The position numbers were made by a program, and so were the translations under genes. This document shows, piece by piece, positions 37,876-46,446 of a DNA stretch of 64,000 nucleotides. Source of the DNA: a virus; IMG/VR virus record IMGVR_UViG_3300009314_000709, positions 8,433-72,432 of that record; one strand, 5' to 3'. The notes beneath the pieces were generated by a model that did no database searches, was not told where the DNA came from, and worked only from the letters and a program-made list of their open reading frames with translations. Numbering within the stretch: the first letter of the stretch is position 1; each line of letters opens with the position of its first letter.

Positions 37876-38786
37876 CGTTTTCTGTTCTCTCGTATGCCTG
37901 CCTCAATATCGTATTTAGGCACGAACCCGAGATGCTTCTTCGCCAAAGCCATATCACATTCAGTGTGATCTTGGTATTTCTCAGGTTCTGGATTAGGTAT
38001 ATAGCATGGACCGCCCCAACTCCATTTGCTATACAAGTCAGCCAGAATATCATGGATTCGATTGAATGTTGTCGCTACCCCCGATCCGCAATTCACAACG
38101 CATGATCGATCAGCTTCCATCGCCATCAAATTCGCTCGTACCACATCATCTACGAAAATCCAGTCTCGCTTCTGTTCTCCATGCTCAAATAGTTTGACCG
38201 GCCGCCAGACGATCCTCTTGCCCACCTGATGAATCATACTGGCTCGTTTGCCTTTATGATGCTCGCCTGGGCCATAAACGTTGCAATAGCGAAGTCCTAT
38301 GAAAGTGACGTGTGGATACCTGACAGATAAGTGACGAGTGACTTTTTCCAGTTCGAGCTTTGATCGAGCATAGGCATTTAGCGGATCAACCGGCCCGTCC
38401 TCTCGCTGCGGCGCTGGTGTTTTGCCATATACGGCCGTCGAAGAAGCATAGACGATCTTTTGACAACCATTTGCTATCGCCCACTCAAAGACGTTAATAG
38501 AACTATGCACGTTCTGCCACAACATTTCCCTCTCGTCTTTGCAGGTGGTATCGTTATTCGCCGCCTGGTGGAAGAGCACATCGAGAGATTGGTGTTCATC
38601 TCGGAGAAGAGACGACATGCGGTGAAAATGCACGCCGCCGACGCCATGAAAGAACAACGCACATTCTGGAGGTAATTTGTTTTCGCAAGGGGAACCGGTA
38701 GCCAACACGAAATAACCCAGTTCGAGTAATCTCTTAACTAGGTTCGAGCCAACGAATCCCGTTCCACCTGTCACCAGCATAGCCAT
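37860..38786 (-). CDS. rfaD: ADP-L-glycero-D-manno-heptose 6-epimerase-like NAD-dependent epimerase
   Basis: VTGGTGFVGSN, FHQAA..DTT, YASSTAVYG, PLNAYARSK, LRYCNVYGPGEHHKGKRASM, YQDHTECD. Confidence 0.85.
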   Translation of the reverse strand: MAMLVTGGTGFVGSNLVKRLLELGYFVLATGSPCENKLPPECALFFHGVGGVHFHRMSSLLRDEHQSLDVLFHQAANNDTTCKDEREMLWQNVHSSINVFEWAIANGCQKIVYASSTAVYGKTPAPQREDGPVDPLNAYARSKLELEKVTRHLSVRYPHVTFIGLRYCNVYGPGEHHKGKRASMIHQVGKRIVWRPVKLFEHGEQKRDWIFVDDVVRANLMAMEADRSCVVNCGSGVATTFNRIHDILADLYSKWSWGGPCYIPNPEPEKYQDHTECDMALAKKHLGFVPKYDIEAGIRENRKRWGFG

Positions 38787-38814
38787 TGTAAGCCTCTTGT
38801 TTGACTCACCCCAC

Positions 38815-39573
38815 CTAGCTTTCGTCGTCGTCGTCGTCTTCTTCTTCTTCTTCTTCTTCTTCGTCTTGGATTCTCTGCCGTCGCTCCCGCTCCTGCTCCT
38901 GCTCCTGCCATGACTTGTAGGCTGTCAGACGAGGATGCTCCCAGTCTTCAATTCCTAGCGAGTCGGCGAAAAATCGAGATGCTTCGATTATGTCACCGGC
39001 TGTAATTCTGTGCCCGCCATAGCGACTCTCCTTCGTGATTACATTGTAGCCACGTCTCAGTAGCGATATCTTCATAGGTAGATATCGCTCATACCAGTCA
39101 AAACACCCATCGTCGAAGTTGTGAACCAACATGATTGGCGTATGACTCTTGGGCGCTTGAGGCACCTTGATTGGCTCAAGGATGGCCCCAGACATCGACA
39201 CTGCGCCGCCGAATGGTTTTGATGCATGGGTTGCCATCTGGAGGGCCATAACACCTCCAGCCGAGAAGCCAACAACAGCGATCTTTTTGTGCGACAACCG
39301 ATACGCCTTGCTTATGCGTCCTAGTAGCTTCATGCAAGCGGACCTGGCTACAGGAAGCCCCTGCACCGCTTCCTTTTGATCTGTAGCAGAGAAGGGTTGT
39401 GGGTACCAAGCAAGCCCATAAGGCTGGATGGCTACCAAGACCGTATTTGGCAACTGGAAATCCTCGGCCACCTGCATCATCAACCGAGCACTGTTATATC
39501 GACCCGCCAAAGCCAGTAACGCATAACGAACCGGCCCATTTTTTGGTTCTTTGACAATCCACTCTTCGATCAT
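38815..39573 (-). CDS. phospholipase/carboxylesterase (alpha/beta hydrolase) with acidic tail
   Basis: GFSAGG nucleophile, HNFDD, GGHRI; Glu/Asp tail encoded by trinucleotide repeats. Confidence 0.85.
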   Translation of the reverse strand: MIEEWIVKEPKNGPVRYALLALAGRYNSARLMMQVAEDFQLPNTVLVAIQPYGLAWYPQPFSATDQKEAVQGLPVARSACMKLLGRISKAYRLSHKKIAVVGFSAGGVMALQMATHASKPFGGAVSMSGAILEPIKVPQAPKSHTPIMLVHNFDDGCFDWYERYLPMKISLLRRGYNVITKESRYGGHRITAGDIIEASRFFADSLGIEDWEHPRLTAYKSWQEQEQERERRQRIQDEEEEEEEEDDDDDES

Positions 39574-39594
39574 AGGTCTAATTCCTATTCAAGT

Positions 39595-39642
39595 AAAAAC
39601 AGGTCACACCACCAGGCTGGAGACCCTGGTGGTGTGAACCTG
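39595..39642 (-). terminator. intrinsic terminator at the 3' end of the large ncRNA
   Basis: CAGGTTCACACCACCAGG...CCTGGTGGTGTGACCTG followed by TTTTT on the minus strand. Confidence 0.8.
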
Positions 39643-40088
39643 ATAAGGTCTTAGGGCCGCCACCTGGCTCATCACCTGGTGACTTGTAGTTTTTATGATC
39701 GCCCTTTGGCTAGCCATGTCGTTTTACCAGAACGACACCGGGTTGTGTCATATGCTCCACTTGGCCTAGCCGTAATGCCTCAGCATGGGCGTAGGCGACC
39801 TTTCAACTTCACATCGACTGAAACTTCCCTTTGATTGTTTACACCGCTCTGGGAGCGAACGTGTCTTTGGCCCGGAGGCCACACTAATGCAAACGTACAA
39901 AAGTTCCATTTCACCGACGCTACGTGATAAGGCAAGTGATGCAACACAACAAAAAGACGACCAGGACTACCAAACCCAGACAGTTGCTTTTCACCGCACA
40001 GTGCTTATTCGCTTCGGGGCTGTCCTCCCCTACCATGCGGCTTCCGGCGCATCAGGCCGCAGCCTGACAGAAACACCCAAGACCTTAT
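39643..40088 (-). ncRNA. large structured ncRNA, OLE RNA-like
   Basis: 13-bp end-to-end stem (AUAAGGUCUUGGG/CCUAAGACCUUAU), many internal hairpins, own terminator. Segments UAAGCACUGUGCGG..AGCAACU, GAAAUGGAACUUUUGUA..CAUUAG..GGCC..GGCCAAAG and GGUAAAAC resemble OLE conserved blocks as recalled. Confidence 0.65.
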
Positions 40089-41020
40089 TTCCATTGATCC
40101 AGGTTGGGGGCGTAATCCTTGGATGCTTCGTGTCCAATCCTCCAAATCACATTTTGCTCTACGTAGCGGCCAATCACGTCCATGAACTTGTCCGTCTCCC
40201 CCACGGCGGCATCGTCAATCGTGCGCCGTAATTCGTCGGGATCGATGTCTTCTTCCCAAATCTTTTCGTGAACCCGATCTTCCATCACCACCTTCGTGGC
40301 CACTGTTGCGAGATCGTACATCAGTTCGACCAATGAAGGTCGAGCTAACCAGAAGTTGCCCAAGGAGCGATATTCAACACCATACTTCTCGCACGCCCGG
40401 TGCGTCCCTGCTTTCCCATACAACCTACGTCGATCTTTCGATGTCGGGTCTTTGTCGAGCAGCAATGACGGGATACCCAGGAAGAGATCACACATTCGGA
40501 CAACCCAAACACGATCCCAGCAAATCTGGAAGATCAATTCTTCGTACTCCTCCTCGCCCATCGCCTGTGGTTTCTCAAAATCCACACCGCCGTCGTAGCC
40601 GATGTGAATGTGCCCGCCACCCGACCGAAATGTGTTGCGGCAGTCCGGTGGAACCACCACCATCATTTCATAGGCACAAAACTCTGGATCGCAACCGAAC
40701 AAACGAGCATCTCTGTGCTCGCACTCTCCGTCAGGGTAATAGGCCGACGCTTGGGGTACTAACCGGAGCGGCCGGACCAGTTGAGCGTATCGTTCAATGC
40801 ACTCTCGGAAGCTACCAACGACAGCTTCTCTACTGGCTTCCGGGCGAATGTTGCACTCGGCTAGCACGTTGTCGTAAAACGCCAAATGATCGTCTCCCAT
40901 GTCGTAACGGTCATCTTTTGTGCCGAAAACGACGCCAATGGCGCTTTTCAAACGACCTTGTTCATCCTGCAACATGAACTCCGGGTCGGAGCCGAATGTA
41001 ATTGGCATGACGAGTCTCAC
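40085..41020 (-). CDS. phiEco32-like COOH-NH2 ligase type 2
   Basis: TFGSDPEF, DNVLAECNI.P, FGCDPEF.AY, RSGGGHIHIG, RRRLYGKAG, YGVEYRSL.NFW. Confidence 0.9.
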   Translation of the reverse strand: MRLVMPITFGSDPEFMLQDEQGRLKSAIGVVFGTKDDRYDMGDDHLAFYDNVLAECNIRPEASREAVVGSFRECIERYAQLVRPLRLVPQASAYYPDGECEHRDARLFGCDPEFCAYEMMVVVPPDCRNTFRSGGGHIHIGYDGGVDFEKPQAMGEEEYEELIFQICWDRVWVVRMCDLFLGIPSLLLDKDPTSKDRRRLYGKAGTHRACEKYGVEYRSLGNFWLARPSLVELMYDLATVATKVVMEDRVHEKIWEEDIDPDELRRTIDDAAVGETDKFMDVIGRYVEQNVIWRIGHEASKDYAPNLDQWK

Positions 41021-41880
41021 TTCTTCTTATCGGTTTTGTCGGATTTGGGCTTATCCAAGTCACGGTGCCAGTGTTGTACGTGACTCATACTGGCACCACT
41101 TGTGAACGAACAGATACCGGTGTGGTTATGCATACTACTCGTAGTGATAGCAGGATAGTTCTTCTTTGGGTTTTTGAAAAAGATTTTGGCGTATCCGAAC
41201 TTCAAAATCTTGTCTATTCCGTCCTTGGCCTGCGATAGTTGCTTCTTATCATTAGACTGGTAGGGGCTTATCTTGCCTGCTATGATCTTCTTGATTGTTT
41301 CGGCAAAGTCCTCGCCCTTCGTGTGACAAAAGCCAACACGGAGCAGCAGGGTATACAAGGATAGCATTGGCGGCGACAGTATCCAGCGATTGGAACTTTC
41401 GATGACCCACACACCACTCTTGTACCGCTTGGGCGGATTCTCTACTTGGCGAGCCTTGCTTCGCACCAGCCGCAGCTTCTTCTCAAATTGATGGAGAAAA
41501 TCCATAACGTTTGGAATTTTGTCACTGAAACCACTGTCCGAAGCATTGCCCAACGCCATACGGGTTCGTCGCATGTAGAGAGGCTCACAAGTCTGTGGGT
41601 TGTAGGTGAACCCATAGATGCTTACCGACTTCTCGTGGTACGTCGCCTGGATGGCATCTTGCAGAAAATCCTTGCAATACACCATCGGACAACATTGTTT
41701 CCAATCACGAGAGATGAAGCAATACTCCAGGCCGGTTGAATAGACTTGGGACAAACCATATTTCTTGGTAAGCCACTCAATTTTAACCGGCCGGGACGCT
41801 TTTGCGTCGTCCTTCTTCTTTGTGTCCTTCTTCATGGTAAACAACGCCATCTTTCTGTGTTCTCCAGTTGACGGGATCAT
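41017..41880 (-). CDS. hypothetical protein translationally coupled to the COOH-NH2 ligase
   Basis: CKDFLQDAI and W..SP.MLSLYTLLLRVG motifs; TTGAGC-N17-TAGACT promoter-like sequence upstream. Confidence 0.6.
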   Translation of the reverse strand: MIPSTGEHRKMALFTMKKDTKKKDDAKASRPVKIEWLTKKYGLSQVYSTGLEYCFISRDWKQCCPMVYCKDFLQDAIQATYHEKSVSIYGFTYNPQTCEPLYMRRTRMALGNASDSGFSDKIPNVMDFLHQFEKKLRLVRSKARQVENPPKRYKSGVWVIESSNRWILSPPMLSLYTLLLRVGFCHTKGEDFAETIKKIIAGKISPYQSNDKKQLSQAKDGIDKILKFGYAKIFFKNPKKNYPAITTSSMHNHTGICSFTSGASMSHVQHWHRDLDKPKSDKTDKKK

Positions 41881-41965
41881 TAGTCTATCGTGAGATTCTC
41901 ATACGCTCAATGTCGGTTTGTGCCTACATGTCGCAGAATGAGTAGTAGCTGCGATAGATACCCAC

Positions 41966-42337
41966 ATGAAACGTTTGCACTTTCGAGAGTATGTTAGCGA
42001 AACCGAGCAGGCGGCCCTCTTCACGGAAAACCTGAAAGAGTACGACCACGAGATCGCTTACCTGTACCAACAAAATCTTCCGATTTCATCCATAAAAAAC
42101 GAGATCGGGACAACCTACGGACCAATTTCATTCGGTGAGATATACCGCTCTCTTCGGCGAAACCAGATTTCTCCCAGCCGCCGCACAAAGCCGTTTCGAG
42201 ACGATGTGGTTTACTTCGGCCAGTGCGGACTCGAACTTGAGGAAATCGCCAGACTTACAGGTTACTCCAAGAAACAAGTAAGTAATATTCTGAAGGCCGA
42301 TACCGAGGCTCAACAAGATGGCCATATCAACGACTGA
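41966..42337 (+). CDS. putative head-packaged HTH protein
   Basis: LHFREYVSE start; LEEIARLTGYSKKQVSNIL helix-turn-helix. Confidence 0.6.
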   Translation: MKRLHFREYVSETEQAALFTENLKEYDHEIAYLYQQNLPISSIKNEIGTTYGPISFGEIYRSLRRNQISPSRRTKPFRDDVVYFGQCGLELEEIARLTGYSKKQVSNILKADTEAQQDGHIND

Positions 42338-43169
42338 CATTGAGTTACGTTACTCTGGCGGTCTGTTCAACAACGACCCTCTTTTGTCTATCGGCGGGTC
42401 GATAGCCCAGATCGCAATAGAAGATAACACTCTTGACAATCTCTTTGACAGCAACCCTGAGCGTGAAACGGACGTACAGTACAGAGATTTCAGGGCAATC
42501 TATGTCATCAACAACAACACAGAAGATATCATTTATGATGTTCTCGTCTACATTAGCAAACCTGTTCAGGAACCTTCTGAGATTCTGATGGGCGTAATAC
42601 GCCACAACGAAATACAGACAATTAGCTTCGTCGACTTTGCCGACATCACAAGTGGCTCTTTTACACTAAAACTTGGCAACTACATTACAAATGAAATTGC
42701 TTGGGACTCCGATACCGATGTGTTCGGCGCAAACATCCAAAGCGCCATTCGCAATATACCAGGGATGATAGATGTAGAAGTCTACAGCCCAACCATCGCT
42801 GGCGATGCAGTCTCCTATCCTATTTACTTCGAAGGCGATGCCAGTAATAAACTACAACCCACCCTTTCGGTAAATACCAATCAATTGGCTGCCGCTGGGC
42901 AACCTGCTACAATTACGATTGCCGTCAGCCAAGCAGGGTCGCCGATAAACGATGTTGCTGTTCACGTTGCCTTCCGCAATAATCCACCAGCAGGTGTATC
43001 GTTTATCGAGACAAGCCCGGTTTTATCAGTAAATATTGGCACGCTCCGACCTGGTGAGTATTTCCCGATCTGGCTCCAGCGCACTATTCCTGCTGCCAAT
43101 CTGGCAAGTCAACCAGTATCTGAAGATAGTTTTGAGTTCGGCATTAGCGGCATGACTGGCCGAAGTTAG
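42318..43169 (+). CDS. virion structural protein (tail/baseplate-associated)
   Basis: MAI.TTDIELRYSGG..SIGG..NLFD..RAIYV and PIWLQR motifs. Confidence 0.6.
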   Translation: MAISTTDIELRYSGGLFNNDPLLSIGGSIAQIAIEDNTLDNLFDSNPERETDVQYRDFRAIYVINNNTEDIIYDVLVYISKPVQEPSEILMGVIRHNEIQTISFVDFADITSGSFTLKLGNYITNEIAWDSDTDVFGANIQSAIRNIPGMIDVEVYSPTIAGDAVSYPIYFEGDASNKLQPTLSVNTNQLAAAGQPATITIAVSQAGSPINDVAVHVAFRNNPPAGVSFIETSPVLSVNIGTLRPGEYFPIWLQRTIPAANLASQPVSEDSFEFGISGMTGRS

Positions 43170-43180
43170 ACTTTGATCCA

Positions 43181-44299
43181 ATGCAACGTTTTTCACAACC
43201 ATCTGTGTACGACAAGCGACCTCATTTAGCCTTCCAAGAAGGGTTCTATGAGCGTGTGAAGGTGAAACGACACCACCATCAGAAGTATGACCGCTACCAC
43301 TATTATCTTCCCGCCCGGTTGTCTCCCGTCATCCGCTTCTTGAAAAAGTACTTCTTGGTGCTAGACCCTCTTTGCGAAGTAGACAACGAGAAAGATCGGA
43401 TTCGCCAAACTGAATTTGAGTTTGCCGAAACGGCAATCCTCATACTACATCATATCCGTTGCCGCATCGCTGTCTCAAAACCAATCGTTGTCGGCAGCGA
43501 ACGTTTTAGCCCATGTCCGTGGGCAGTGTTTGGCCCGACGTTAGGCGTTGCCAACAAGCTAATGAAGCATCATTTCCTCAGTCTAAGAGATGTCTTTAGG
43601 CACTACGATGACTTCATGTGGGGTTCTGGTTACAACATTGTCAACATCGAACGACCTCACAAGATGCACCCAGAAATGGATGGGTTAGCCGTCCTGGGTG
43701 ACATTTACAACCGCTCTGCCAACTACATCCTAGCAACCGGACTCCTCCTCCTATGTGACCTGATAAAACACTGCGGCCCAGACTCAGGTGAATTTAACCT
43801 CATCTTCACTAATGACAAGCAAAACAAGTGGGCGGATATGACTGCTTGGGAAGCGGCCCGTTATCAAGTTATACCGCCAGATTTTGAACAACTTAAAGCA
43901 AAAGCGCTTTGCGGTCGCTCTAATACTAGACAAAGGTTTGGAGGGTTGTCTGCATACCATCGGCAACAGCAGCGGCCGAGAAAACCAAAACAAGTATACT
44001 TTGACGTTGAAATTAGAGATGCGTGCATATCATCTCATTTTGATTTGACCCGAGGAGAAACATTCGAGGTACACGGAGAGAGCAAAGTAGAAGTAAAACC
44101 AAAGCGACAAACCCCTTTGCTCTTACCCTACTACGGCGACCCGGACTTGTCGCCAGACGATGTTGATGAAGACAATGAGAATGACGAAATCGCCCAAATG
44201 GACAGAGAGTTTCGACGAATAGTCGGCGATTCGCCACCTGTGACTCCCAAGCAACATAATGATTATGAATGGCTCCGAGGTTGGCACGGTCTCGATTAG
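43181..44299 (+). CDS. hypothetical protein
   Basis: 372-aa ORF. Confidence 0.6.
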   Translation: MQRFSQPSVYDKRPHLAFQEGFYERVKVKRHHHQKYDRYHYYLPARLSPVIRFLKKYFLVLDPLCEVDNEKDRIRQTEFEFAETAILILHHIRCRIAVSKPIVVGSERFSPCPWAVFGPTLGVANKLMKHHFLSLRDVFRHYDDFMWGSGYNIVNIERPHKMHPEMDGLAVLGDIYNRSANYILATGLLLLCDLIKHCGPDSGEFNLIFTNDKQNKWADMTAWEAARYQVIPPDFEQLKAKALCGRSNTRQRFGGLSAYHRQQQRPRKPKQVYFDVEIRDACISSHFDLTRGETFEVHGESKVEVKPKRQTPLLLPYYGDPDLSPDDVDEDNENDEIAQMDREFRRIVGDSPPVTPKQHNDYEWLRGWHGLD

Positions 44300-44307
44300 G
44301 AGGCTGA

Positions 44308-44955
44308 ATGAAACAACTACTCATTATTACGGCAATCTGGCTTCTCTTCTTCTTGCCAGTTCAAGCACAGGAAAATCCTAAGAAATGCCCTCACACGCCG
44401 CCAAGTAAAGCACCCGCACTTGTTATCCCTGATCTCTTTGCTGTTCAGTTGGCTGTAGAAGTTGCCCAATCTGAACTTGTAGCTTTCGAGAAACGCTTGA
44501 AGCATCTCGATGATATCGATTACTACAAGAGATGGGAGGCTTATGATACAGTAAAGCAGAAGCCTATTGCGATAAAAGACCTTGACGATAAACAAATCAG
44601 AGGATTCTTCTTATATCAAGCCGAAAAGCTACACAACAATATGCTCTTCAGTATGGATATGTGGAGACAGTGCAGCGAGAAGTTCAAAAAGGCTAAGTTC
44701 AAAGACGATGATCCTCATAAGGAAAAGAGGGAAGAAGCATACAAGAAAGCATCAGCCAGCTTTGTATCATTGACTACCGAAGCACGAAAACTTCACATGA
44801 AACTGGCGAAGAAACGTGAACAGATGACCGCAAGTATGATGGAAGCCTACGCAGAAAAAGACAAGCAACTAGCAGAAGAGTTAAGAGGCTATCTCAAAGA
44901 CGTGCAAAAGGAACATGACACCTTGAGGTTGATCGACCGCACACAAGGGGAATAA
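44308..44955 (+). CDS. secreted helical protein
   Basis: Signal peptide ending VQA; AGGAGG RBS. Confidence 0.65.
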   Translation: MKQLLIITAIWLLFFLPVQAQENPKKCPHTPPSKAPALVIPDLFAVQLAVEVAQSELVAFEKRLKHLDDIDYYKRWEAYDTVKQKPIAIKDLDDKQIRGFFLYQAEKLHNNMLFSMDMWRQCSEKFKKAKFKDDDPHKEKREEAYKKASASFVSLTTEARKLHMKLAKKREQMTASMMEAYAEKDKQLAEELRGYLKDVQKEHDTLRLIDRTQGE

Positions 44956-45399
44956 ATGCATTGTCCGTTAACCGGCAAACCATGTCTGATGCCAAAAGAA
45001 GTGTTTATCACAGAAGTGAAAGATAATGATGTGCGACACTTATTCATGTGTCGACAATGTGGCGACAAGTATATCGAAGACCTAAACGATGCCGATGTTG
45101 TAACGAAGTCTTTAGAGGTCGTTTCGTCGGACGGCGACATTTCACATAACGAACATGTTCTCGACGATGAACATATTGGCGACTTGCCAGAGAACCTACA
45201 GGAACTCCCGACACCTCAACCAATCACCGCCCCTGTCTCAACGCTTCAACAAATCAAAGCTGTTGAAGCTAAAATGCAAGCCGCTATCGACAAAGAAGAT
45301 TATGAATCAGCCGCTGCCCTACGTGATATCCTTATTGAACTTCGACAACGAGATAATCCGCTAAACCTAGAGGACAACGAAGATCAAGAAGAAATCTGA
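44956..45399 (+). CDS. McsA-like Zn-binding/UVR-domain protein
   Basis: MHC..C...FITEV.....HLFMCRQC N-terminus; C-terminal UVR motif MQAAIDKEDYESAAALRDIL. Confidence 0.75.
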   Translation: MHCPLTGKPCLMPKEVFITEVKDNDVRHLFMCRQCGDKYIEDLNDADVVTKSLEVVSSDGDISHNEHVLDDEHIGDLPENLQELPTPQPITAPVSTLQQIKAVEAKMQAAIDKEDYESAAALRDILIELRQRDNPLNLEDNEDQEEI

Positions 45400-46343
45400 C
45401 GTGAGGGTAAGCCTTTGAGTAGTTTGTTCAAAGTGATAATGCCAAATCCCTGGTAGAATGGATCACCAGCATATTCCTCACCTACAACGTTTATCGTGTG
45501 CTCTCGGAAAAACTGACGATAGGAGTCGGCATTGTTGATTTGTATGTCCAGGCCAACGTTCCGTTTGTAAGAGAGTAGCAAAGCGGCAAGCCCACACACG
45601 AACGGCTGAGCCATTGAAGAGCCCGACAAGATAGCCCACCAATTGTCGGGAACTGTACTCAAGATATCAACACCAGGGGCCATGAAATCCAAGTTCTTTC
45701 CTGTGTTGGTGAAGTCCGCTCGTCGCAAGTTCTTATCAATCGCCCCAATAGCAATTGTCTCTGGGTAGTTTGCCGGATAAAGCAAGTGCTCTGACTTGCC
45801 TATGTTCCCGGCTGCTACAAATACAGGGATGTTGGCTTTGTCCGCAGCCTTTAATGCCCACCTCAATGATCGCATAGGCTTGAGAGTCCCCAGCGACATT
45901 GAGATGAAATCGACTTTCTGCTTAATAGCCCACCGAATAGCCTTTACAACATCTTCGATTTCTCCGTCTCCATAACCATCAAGCACTTTCACTGGACGTA
46001 CTTTTGCTTTGGGTGCTACCCCAACCGTCCCTATGTCATTTTGCTGTGCGCAAAGAATGCCCGTTACATGAGTACCATGTTCTCCGTCATCATCTGGTAG
46101 TACGCCTGGCCTGACAAAGTTATATCCGTCCAATAGATTGTCTTGCAAATCAGGATGGTCAAGGTCACAGCCGGTGTCCAGTACGGCGATGGTGATACCC
46201 TCTCCCTGAGTAACGGCCCATGCTTCGGGTATGTTAAAAGTACTGACTCCCCAATCCGTCCTTTCTCTCAGTTGTTGCATGGAGATAATGTCTCGGCGCT
46301 TGTAGGGCAGTAAACTACAATGTTGTTGTGTTTCAATTGGCAT
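45384..46343 (-). CDS. subtilisin-like S8 serine protease
   Basis: VLDTG, HGTHVTG, AAGN, SGSSMAQP; CTACATA at 46357-46363. Start moved to MPIETQ. Confidence 0.92.
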   Translation of the reverse strand: MPIETQQHCSLLPYKRRDIISMQQLRERTDWGVSTFNIPEAWAVTQGEGITIAVLDTGCDLDHPDLQDNLLDGYNFVRPGVLPDDDGEHGTHVTGILCAQQNDIGTVGVAPKAKVRPVKVLDGYGDGEIEDVVKAIRWAIKQKVDFISMSLGTLKPMRSLRWALKAADKANIPVFVAAGNIGKSEHLLYPANYPETIAIGAIDKNLRRADFTNTGKNLDFMAPGVDILSTVPDNWWAILSGSSMAQPFVCGLAALLLSYKRNVGLDIQINNADSYRQFFREHTINVVGEEYAGDPFYQGFGIITLNKLLKGLPSRQISS

Positions 46344-46377
46344 CGTGCCTCCATAGTATGTAGCCACTCTGCCAACC

Positions 46378-46414
46378 AAAAACCCGCCCTTCCGAAATTC
46401 GGAAGGGCGGGTTT
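46378..46414. terminator. intrinsic terminator
   Basis: AAAAACCCGCCCTTCCGA-AAT-TCGGAAGGGCGGGTTT. Confidence 0.8.
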
Positions 46415-46446
46415 ACGCCAAAAGGAGAGATTACAGGTAACTCGCC

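Noticed and set aside
39643-40088. tmRNA, group I or group II intron identity for the large RNA
   Set aside because: No tRNA-like ends or T-loop, no interrupted host gene, no recognisable domain V or P7 core.
39785-40231. 148-aa + strand ORF over the large ncRNA
   Set aside because: Antisense to the ligase 3' end, no recognisable motifs or RBS; the interval is better explained by paired ends and a terminator on the minus strand.
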